Below are positions 46,950 through 61,350 of a stretch of 61,350 nucleotides of DNA, one piece after another. A model generated the notes under the pieces. That model was not told the DNA's origin, did not search any database, and saw only the letters and a program-made list of their open reading frames with translations. The position numbers and the translations under genes were made by a program. This DNA comes from Candidatus Moraniibacteriota bacterium (GTDB lineage: Bacteria > Patescibacteriota > Minisyncoccia > Moranbacterales > UBA1568), in contig JBAXOD010000005.1 in the NCBI GenBank assembly GCA_037133435.1, forward strand, positions 1-61,350, written 5' to 3'. Numbering within the stretch: the first letter of the stretch is position 1; each line of letters starts with the position of its first letter.

Positions 46950-47207
46950 TGATACCCTCTCCTTTTCTAATGGTTGATTATTTCACACGACTTGGTAAAG
47001 AAAGCACCACAATATGAAAGCACCTCCGCCGGATTCCGTCAATGGAAGATGATTGACACGTTTAGACTAAACTGCTATGATATGCTGTTTTCAGAAAAGA
47101 TCAGTTTTGTTCAATTAAAAACTTTTAGGAGCATTATGAAAATCGTCGCTAAACCAAGGGTATTCATCCCGAATCCGAAACTTTAAGGGAAACATCGTAT
47201 CATTTCG

Positions 47208-47486
47208 ATGAGAGCCCTAGATGGGAAAACAATTTTCACCCTCCGAAGAGGAGGCCGGTATACCGTCATTGAAGTCAATGACGCGACGCTCGAATCCATA
47301 AAGATGCCGCTTCATTTCGATCCGATCAATGATGACTATGTCCTAGAGTACGTCGAGGATGGCGCCGTAAAGACACTAGACATCCATCTCTCCAGAAGAG
47401 GCAGAGAGGAGATCGATGAGATCGACAACCATTCCGAGGGCGTCCGAAATCCGGGCCCGCCACTCGCCGGGCCGATGTCGAAATAA
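47208..47486 (+). CDS. Hypothetical protein
   Basis: 92-aa ORF followed by a terminator. Confidence 0.6.
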   Translation: MRALDGKTIFTLRRGGRYTVIEVNDATLESIKMPLHFDPINDDYVLEYVEDGAVKTLDIHLSRRGREEIDEIDNHSEGVRNPGPPLAGPMSK

Positions 47487-47517
47487 CGCGACATTGCCAA
47501 CGCCGATCAAAAACAAC

Positions 47518-47549
47518 AGAAGCCGTAAAATTCATGCGGCTTCTTTTTT
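47518..47549. terminator. Terminator between convergent genes
   Basis: AGAAGCCG-N11-CGGCTTCT followed by a T tract. Confidence 0.7.
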
Positions 47550-47564
47550 ATGTGAAAGAATACT

Positions 47565-48185
47565 TTATCGCCACAAAAGATACCCCACGCTCCCAATTAC
47601 CGACTTGAGCGCGAAAAGCGCGAGCAGGACCGCGAGGAATTTGTAGGTCGCGGAGACGAGATTCTTTTTTCGAAGCAGTTCGCGGAAGCGCGAAAAGATG
47701 AAACCGAAAGAAAGCATCGCAGCGAGCCAGCCGAGTTCGAAGACAAGCAGGAACAGGAATTTCCCGAGGGGAATAAGGGTATCGAGCGAGAACGCGCGCG
47801 GCACCGCGACCGTGATCCAAAAGATCCAGAATCCGCCGTTGAGTATCGTCAGGACGAAGATTTTCGCGAACGTGAAGACCTCTTTCGATTCCCCTTCGAC
47901 CGCGGATATCTTCCACACCTGGAGCGCGAGCCACACGAGCACCGCCGCGCCACTTAGCGAGATGACCTGGAACGCGTATTCCGGCAGGTTCAAAAACGAG
48001 AAGAAAAGCAAAACAAACAGCGCCACGATCGATTCCGCCGCGAGTGCGCGGAACACGACCGAAAGACTCTTCGAAAATCCGCTGCGAAGCGTTTCGGCGA
48101 AGACCGACGTCATGATCGGCCCCGGCACCGCTCCCCCGACCACCCCGAGGAGGAATATTTCGATGAGTGTATTGAGAGTTGTCAT
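47565..48185 (-). CDS. LysE family translocator
   Basis: GAVPGPIMTSV, LNGGFWIFW and six transmembrane segments. Confidence 0.85.
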   Translation of the reverse strand: MTTLNTLIEIFLLGVVGGAVPGPIMTSVFAETLRSGFSKSLSVVFRALAAESIVALFVLLFFSFLNLPEYAFQVISLSGAAVLVWLALQVWKISAVEGESKEVFTFAKIFVLTILNGGFWIFWITVAVPRAFSLDTLIPLGKFLFLLVFELGWLAAMLSFGFIFSRFRELLRKKNLVSATYKFLAVLLALFALKSVIGSVGYLLWR

Positions 48186-48344
48186 ATAGCTCTTCGCAGG
48201 AGCGGGGTTGTACCCTGCTCCGGATTGTCATTTTCCATTCCAAGTCGGAGCCTTAGCAGAGACCATCTTCTAACATCGATCGTAAACCGTGTGGTTCAGG
48301 GTACCCTCCAAAGGCGGGCAGGCAATCCTGAACCTGCATCAAAA

Positions 48345-49370
48345 TTACTTCCACCCCTGGTCGATGACGCGGGTCATGATCTGTTCCTGCTGGACGTTCA
48401 TGACGCCCTGCGGGGTCTGCTGCGCCACGACCTGCTGCGTCTTCTTGAATTCCATCTTGATAGCGAACCGGTTGGATATGCCGGCGCTCTCGATCGCGGC
48501 GATGATATAGTCCTTCTTGTTCTCCGCGCGGAACTCGCCACACTCGGCTTCGGGGTTCCACTGTCCGTGGAGCACCATTTCCTCGCGATACGATTCGTAA
48601 AACGAGGTGAGAAGCGTCGCGATCTCGCCATCGGCATACGAGACCGTCCGTATGCCGAGGTCTTCCTTGGCCTCGCGCCGGCCGATGATGTACTGGTGCG
48701 AATAGAGTTTCTCGGTCAGGGCGTCGATGATGCCGTCGATCGCTTTCTCGTCGAGCTTTGATTGGTGACTGCCAAGAAGGCGCTTGGCGAGGAGCCGGAT
48801 GAGCTTGTACGTGCGGTTCACATTGCCGAGCGCGAGCGGATGCACCGAAGGCATCGCATCGGCAAGCTTATTGAAGATGCGGGTCAGGTATTCGTCGCCC
48901 TTGATGCCCACGCCTTCTTTCGCCAGGTCGAAGTACGCCATCACCTCCTCGACCGAAATCGGGATCCGGGACTGCGGGTTCTGCGGATCGGCCGGATTGA
49001 AGACATTCGCGGTAGAGGGATCGATCGGGGTCAGCTCGCCCATGTCCGTCATCACGATCTCGTCGGCCCCAAGCGCGATCATCGTCGCGGCGCTGTGCGC
49101 CTTGTACGGTACGAGGACCGAGAACGTATCGCAGTATTCGCGGATCATGGAGACCAGCCGCCACGGCACCATCGTGTCCCCGCCCGAACTGAAGAGCACG
49201 AGGTCGATTTTTTTCACCTTGCCGATCGCGCGAAGCTGCTCGCTCATGAGCGGAATCACGTCCATCGCGATCTTGGCACTCACCGGACCCTGCCGATCGC
49301 TCGTCACATACGTGATGACCTTCGAGCCTCTCGATTTTTCGATTTTCTGCAGAAGTTCGGTACGTTCCAT
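48345..49370 (-). CDS. SDH family (ClpP-fold) serine protease-like protein
   Basis: IDLVLFSSGGD, VPYKAHSAATMIALGADEIVM and GELTPIDP. Confidence 0.87.
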   Translation of the reverse strand: MERTELLQKIEKSRGSKVITYVTSDRQGPVSAKIAMDVIPLMSEQLRAIGKVKKIDLVLFSSGGDTMVPWRLVSMIREYCDTFSVLVPYKAHSAATMIALGADEIVMTDMGELTPIDPSTANVFNPADPQNPQSRIPISVEEVMAYFDLAKEGVGIKGDEYLTRIFNKLADAMPSVHPLALGNVNRTYKLIRLLAKRLLGSHQSKLDEKAIDGIIDALTEKLYSHQYIIGRREAKEDLGIRTVSYADGEIATLLTSFYESYREEMVLHGQWNPEAECGEFRAENKKDYIIAAIESAGISNRFAIKMEFKKTQQVVAQQTPQGVMNVQQEQIMTRVIDQGWK

Positions 49371-49540
49371 AGTTTTAGTTCATTTTAGTTCAATGCGGTT
49401 CAACGCCCCCATCATACACCTGGAAAACCCCTCTGTAAAGCCTCCAAGCAACGATACTTGTCGACTACCTCCACCACGAAATACTTCCGATCCCAGTCAG
49501 GTTTCCGGACACAAGATTTCCGGACAAGATTTCCGGACGG

Positions 49541-49569
49541 TTGACGGAACGGGAAAAATTTGCTACAAT
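49541..49569 (+). promoter_or_regulatory. sigma70 promoter preceded by three TTTCCGGAC direct repeats
   Basis: TTGACG-N17-TACAAT. The repeats are at 49502, 49517 and 49530. Confidence 0.75.
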
Positions 49570-49629
49570 ACACCGTTATAGTAGTATTTACATTCAACTC
49601 AAACCAGGGCCCAGGAACGGGTTTAAATA

Positions 49630-49995
49630 ATGAAAAAAACTCTACCGAGCAGTAAACCGGTTAAAAAGGTTGAAGAATTCAAAGTGGGCGGGTATTATAG
49701 TTTCAGATACTATTCACCCATGGGAAGTCCCACCGACCTTCACCACTTCTTTGTTATAGACATTTCAAAAGGAGTGATGACCAACATGAATGCCGCTACG
49801 GCAACAGAGGAAGTGGGGCCGCTTGAAAATTTTGCTCGTTGCATGAGGCCTAATGGCGGCTTCAATTATTATCACTCCAACAAAAAAGCGTTTGTTGGAG
49901 AATTTCAAAACTGTATCTCCGAGAAGGAACGAGAAGGCATGCGGCTTCTCGTGGAAGCAGCCGGGCTCAAACATTATGTGAAGACTCTGCCGTAA
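49630..49995 (+). CDS. Hypothetical protein, AT-rich
   Basis: 121-aa ORF downstream of a consensus promoter. Confidence 0.7.
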   Translation: MKKTLPSSKPVKKVEEFKVGGYYSFRYYSPMGSPTDLHHFFVIDISKGVMTNMNAATATEEVGPLENFARCMRPNGGFNYYHSNKKAFVGEFQNCISEKEREGMRLLVEAAGLKHYVKTLP

Positions 49996-50063
49996 CGAAA
50001 AGGCCAACGAAGAACAATAGAGATTCCCATATAAGGAGTTCCATCCAACAGGAGCTCCTTTTC

Positions 50064-51665
50064 TTATTCCCCCAAACCAAGCTTCTCGATGCGGGAACGA
50101 ATACTGCCCGGCTGGCGACCGAGCATATGTGAGATGGATTTGATATCCGCTCCGCCGTTATGCAATGTCTGGAGCCATTTATCCTCATCTTCCTTCCACG
50201 GCATGTACGCATGCGGATATTTCTTTCTGATTTCGTCGTATCGTCCCGGTTCACCCGGTGATTTTTTTTTATTACCACGCCGAAGCTTTAGCGAAGGCGG
50301 GCTTAATTGTTCACCCATTTCACCCTTTTGTTCCACCTTACTCCGTGCCCCGCAGACAATCAAAAACGCCTCCTCATCCTTGTTCCTCTCCTCCTCGCTT
50401 CGGGAACCGTACGAAAATTCCGCAGCGGCGCTTTCCTCGCGGAAAAGCCGGTCGCGCTCGCGCACGTCGGGATGCGTCATGAACGCCCGATCGGAAATCC
50501 CGGTAAGCGAGATGCCGGAGAGCGTCCGCACCCGCGAGAGCGCCACGTACCCTTGCCCGAACTCGAACACGCGCGACAAATCCATGACCGCCGCGTCGAG
50601 GCTCACGCCCTGGCTCTTGTGGATCGTCATCGCCCAGGCGAGTTTGAGCGGAATCTGCCGGATCCGTGCCACGATCTCCTCGCCTTCTTCCACGGCCCAA
50701 TCGGCCGGCTCGACCGTAATCGAATCACCATCTCGTGTGCGCACGACCGGAAACTTCGTCGACGGAGAAAACCCGGTGATCGTACCGATCGTCCCGTTCA
50801 CATACCCCTCGTCGGGATTGTTCTTCGTAAACATCACCGTCGCTCCCTCCTTGAGCTCGAGCTGTTCCGGCGAAAGGCATCCGCGGATAAGCGACGTGAG
50901 CGGCTTCTCGGACCCGCGCGTCGCCATACGGAAGACATGCGCCTTGCCGGGAAGCCGCGCGAGCGCCGCGGTATTGATCATGTCCACGTCGGCATTGTGC
51001 GTGAAAAGCCGTGGCAGATCCTCGTCGGGAACATCATCGGGACCGAGGATCCGTGCCTGTACGAGCTCGCGGTGCATCTCTGTCACCTCGTCGCGACGTA
51101 TCGCCGAGAGGATCTCGAGGAACGCCGCATCCTCCTGCCGGTGTTGTTCCGACAGATAACAGACGACCGGGTCGAGCGCCGCCCATGCGGAGGACTCGAA
51201 CGCGAAATGTGCGTCCTCGCCGCGTGAGACCGGCGGCAATTGGAAGAAATCCCCCACCAAGACGACCTGCAACCCACCGAAAGGAAGCGTCGAGCCGCCC
51301 TTGGCCGCCCGGCACATGCGTTCCACGAGCGAGAGCGTCTTCGCATCGAGCATCGAGACCTCGTCGATCACGAGCACCTTGGCGCTTCTGATCCGCTTGA
51401 CCGCGACCCGGTTCTTCAGGAGATGTTTGAATCCGTCATCATCGATATCGCGCTCCACGCCGATCCCGCTCCACGAATGGATGGTCATACCCTTCAAGTG
51501 CGTGGCGGCGATACCGGTCGAGGCCGTCATCGCGTACGATATGCCGCGGGAACGCAGATACTCCGCATATCGGTTCACGACATGCGTCTTGCCCGCGCCC
51601 GCCTCCCCGGTAAGGAAGACGTTCGCGCCGGTCCGAAGTATCGATAGGGCCTGGTCCTGGGTCAT
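50064..51665 (-). CDS. PIF1/RecD-like ATP-dependent DNA helicase with a C-terminal HTH-like domain
   Basis: GEAGAGKT, TIHSWSG, VIDEVSM, GDFFQLPPV, AWAMTIHKSQG and YVALSR. Confidence 0.95.
   Translation of the reverse strand: MTQDQALSILRTGANVFLTGEAGAGKTHVVNRYAEYLRSRGISYAMTASTGIAATHLKGMTIHSWSGIGVERDIDDDGFKHLLKNRVAVKRIRSAKVLVIDEVSMLDAKTLSLVERMCRAAKGGSTLPFGGLQVVLVGDFFQLPPVSRGEDAHFAFESSAWAALDPVVCYLSEQHRQEDAAFLEILSAIRRDEVTEMHRELVQARILGPDDVPDEDLPRLFTHNADVDMINTAALARLPGKAHVFRMATRGSEKPLTSLIRGCLSPEQLELKEGATVMFTKNNPDEGYVNGTIGTITGFSPSTKFPVVRTRDGDSITVEPADWAVEEGEEIVARIRQIPLKLAWAMTIHKSQGVSLDAAVMDLSRVFEFGQGYVALSRVRTLSGISLTGISDRAFMTHPDVRERDRLFREESAAAEFSYGSRSEEERNKDEEAFLIVCGARSKVEQKGEMGEQLSPPSLKLRRGNKKKSPGEPGRYDEIRKKYPHAYMPWKEDEDKWLQTLHNGGADIKSISHMLGRQPGSIRSRIEKLGLGE
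50275..50302. repeat. Palindromic element inside the helicase linker
   Basis: CCACGCCGAAGCTTTAGCGAAGGCGGGC, translated as SPPSLKLRRG. Confidence 0.75.
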
Positions 51666-52122
51666 GGTTCAATGGTAGCAGACTAAGCATCTATCTCAAA
51701 TTTCACCCTTCTTATAAGCCATAAAATCACACTTTCTAGCTGAAATCCAAAACTTTCTGCTACCTGTCCGAAACGCTTCGCGCAACGATTCTGGCGGACA
51801 AATCCTTCAAGTTTCGTCGGATTACGGCAGCAGGACACTCATTTCCTTCGGATACCCGTCCTCCATTTTCAGGGTTTTTCACCGAGATCATGACCAACCT
51901 CTGGTTGGCGCTCAAACAAATTTTCAGATTTACAGCTCGATATGAGGTTTGAGAGAGATACTCGACCAACATGGGAACCGCCTACGGAAAAGAACGATTA
52001 TACGGTTAACGGGTTAACGTGTTTACGGGTTGAAAAAATCATAAAAAGGTACGTCATATAAAAACGAAAAAGGAGGCTAAGATTTGTTCCTAACCTCCCC
52101 TTAACATTTCCACCGATATTTA

Positions 52123-52677
52123 TCAGACATTCCGGATTGCGTCACGTATCTTGTTCGCGGCGACATGTTCAATCGCAAGGAACGCCACGAGCAGGATCGA
52201 AAGCACAAAACCGATAATAATCCTATCGGTAATCACAAGAACGGCAATCATGAGAATCATCACCGACTTGTGGAACGTGTCCTCGAACGGTTTCAGAAAA
52301 TACTCATACGCGTTTAACACCGCATCCCGATCCAGTGTCACCTTCGGCTTCCGAAAATACCGCCGCAGCGTTTCGCTTATCATGACGACATGGGTACCGG
52401 CATAGAATACCCAAATGATCGCCTCCGCCCCTCGGGTCACCCTTTCCGGAAAGCCATTGCCGAACTCATCAATAATGAGCACGAACGACAAGGCCGCGGA
52501 AATGAAGGATATGCAGATCGCGAGAGCTATCCGCCAACCATACTGATCCAGTCGCCATTCGGTCCGTGGCTCGAATGCGAACAATTCTCTCATCTTCTCT
52601 TCCGCTCGGTCGGTGAGTCCGACGGAGGCTTTGAAGTACGCGATGACTTTCTTCTCATATGGAATGAGCTCTCTCAT
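52123..52677 (-). CDS. Hypothetical membrane protein
   Basis: 184-aa ORF with about four hydrophobic segments and a GGAGGGG SD. Confidence 0.75.
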   Translation of the reverse strand: MRELIPYEKKVIAYFKASVGLTDRAEEKMRELFAFEPRTEWRLDQYGWRIALAICISFISAALSFVLIIDEFGNGFPERVTRGAEAIIWVFYAGTHVVMISETLRRYFRKPKVTLDRDAVLNAYEYFLKPFEDTFHKSVMILMIAVLVITDRIIIGFVLSILLVAFLAIEHVAANKIRDAIRNV

Positions 52678-52825
52678 ATGCCCCTCCGTATTTTTAAAGG
52701 ATTAACAAAAATATTTTTTCCATTCGATGAGATACTATCGCCGAGGGGCTTTCACGTCAATATTTGCCCGCGATCAAGAACTGAAGACGGATAGATGCTT
52801 TTCAAAAAAATACTTTATTTATACC

Positions 52826-52854
52826 AAAACCCCGCCTCTGGCGAGAGGCGGGGT
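52826..52854 (-). terminator. Terminator after rpoC
   Basis: ACCCCGCCTC-N6-GAGGCGGGGT followed by a U tract on the minus strand. Confidence 0.8.
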
Positions 52855-52880
52855 CCGGGACATGCATGTCGGGACTGTCG

Positions 52881-56528
<3,648 letters not shown>

Positions 56529-56557
56529 ATGGTTGTCTTTAGAAGAGCGATTAGGGG

Positions 56558-59992
<3,435 letters not shown>

Positions 59993-60344
59993 ACGAAAAT
60001 TCCCATCGCCGCTTCTTGTTGTTTCGGCCGGGGCCGACGGGAGAACAAGTAGGGACTGATGGTTATGATTATTTATGAAATTATACCGCCAATGAGGTAG
60101 CGAAACATTCTCCTTTGCGGAAAAAAGAAGAAACATGACGTAGAAAGCCGCGACAACGCGCGGTTTTCGTTTCACCCCGATGAAAAGCCCTCTATAGCGG
60201 ACTTTCTATGCAAGTAGCCCTATGGTAACAAGGTTCCGGTCCGCTGTCAAGTTCCGCAAAAAGATGCCCCTTTTCGGCCCCCAGCCCCCTCCAGATAAAG
60301 TCCCCCGACTTTCCAGATTACACACCTTTTTGACCTTACGGACT

Positions 60345-60785
60345 TTATGGACTTTTTTGGCCGAATGTCATCTTCACGCAGGAGTCGAGTTCGGGAATGA
60401 GCGGAAGCCTCAGTGCATCTTCGGGCGTAACCCACCGGTGATCCTGATGCTCCTCCGGATTGGTCATGACTTCAAGCCCGTCGGGAGCGTCCATCCGGAA
60501 CATATGGTAGACGAAGTCATACGTCTCATACCGGACAAACAGGGTCGTCTGATAGACCAGATCCTTTTCCAAAGCCGCTAGCCCGGTCTCTTCGAAGATC
60601 TCCCGTACCATTGCCGATTCCATCGACTCCCCGTCATGCATTTTCCCCGCAGGAACTCCCCAGGTATTCCCTTCGGACTTCCACGGCTGTCGATGAAGCA
60701 GCACGAACTTCCCGTCCCGCTCAAGCCAGCAGGCGACGATTTCGAATTTCGGATCGAACACTTCCGGTTTTTCCAAATAGTACAT
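60345..60785 (-). CDS. NUDIX hydrolase
   Basis: Nudix box PAGKMHDGESMESAMVREIFEETG. Confidence 0.93.
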   Translation of the reverse strand: MYYLEKPEVFDPKFEIVACWLERDGKFVLLHRQPWKSEGNTWGVPAGKMHDGESMESAMVREIFEETGLAALEKDLVYQTTLFVRYETYDFVYHMFRMDAPDGLEVMTNPEEHQDHRWVTPEDALRLPLIPELDSCVKMTFGQKSP

Positions 60786-61350
60786 ACGGCGAGCAACTTT
60801 GTAGATGAGTATCGTTTTCTTCGTTGTAACGACTCACCGATCATATGTCAAATCATTCTTTCATCTGGCAGGGGCAATACTCATCTTTCATGACGAATCA
60901 TAAAAAAAACCGCGGCCAATTGATCTGACTGCGGTCTTGACGGATTGTCTATCCTTTAAAGGATGACGTATAATAGCAAATTTGCGGAAGTTGTCAACGA
61001 CGATAATTGCCAGTGTTATTTAAAATTAGAAACCGACAATAATTGCCAGGTAACGCAGGCGGACAAAGAAAAAAGAGGCTCGGAGTTTATCCATGCCTCT
61101 TTGTATCACACTCCTTTCCGACGATGTTCTCTCAGAGTTTCAGGAATTGCGAGACGGCATCGATTATCGCGGTTGAAAATTCCCTCGTTACCATGAAACC
61201 CGCAGGCCATATCGACAACAGAAGATTTAATCGGACCAGGATATTTACCGATGCGTCATCAATTCCGTTTCCACGAACTATTCGAAGGAATATTATGATC
61301 TTAGGTTCAGACTTCTATTGCAACAAGGGCATTGAATTTTTCTTTCGGCG

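Noticed and set aside
59993-60175. N-terminal extension of RpoB
   Set aside because: It is AT-rich and not RpoB-like, and is probably leader sequence.
60790-61350. Coding region at the right edge
   Set aside because: Only short or truncated frames are present, with no recognisable motif.

Overview
This is a chromosomal segment of a small-genome bacterium using genetic code 11. The gene content and order (ftsA-ftsZ-nrdR-comEC, dgkA-ybeY-yqeY-rpsU-HIT-hisS-lepB, rpsF-ssb-rpsR-efp, ftsK-rodZ-recA, rpoB-rpoC not preceded by rplL) suggest Patescibacteria/CPR, probably Parcubacteria (inference). Most genes are on the minus strand. From about 12.5 kb to 61 kb the window is mostly housekeeping, with a group A [FeFe]-hydrogenase, tRNA-Pro(GGG), a lone argB and scattered AT-rich orphans. 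The first 12.4 kb is an accessory tract lying between an intact wzm permease and a decayed wzt ATPase. It holds (i) four highly diverged Maf-like genes that appear to lack the catalytic residues, each with its own sigma70 promoter; (ii) a 1025-aa secreted lipase-like protein followed by three paralogous small membrane proteins; and (iii) an AbiEii-type toxin/antitoxin pair embedded in nested palindromic repeats. In those repeats, one hairpin family is inserted as 0, 2 or 6 tandem units at exactly the same junction of a host repeat, and as 3 in-frame units inside wzt. Other repeat-linked elements are a DUF559 nuclease in a BIME-like array, a four-helix-bundle gene with inverted arms next to a duplicated and disrupted tRNA, and many solo 7-9-mer arm tracts between genes. 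All protein calls are by eye from motifs; no searches were run.
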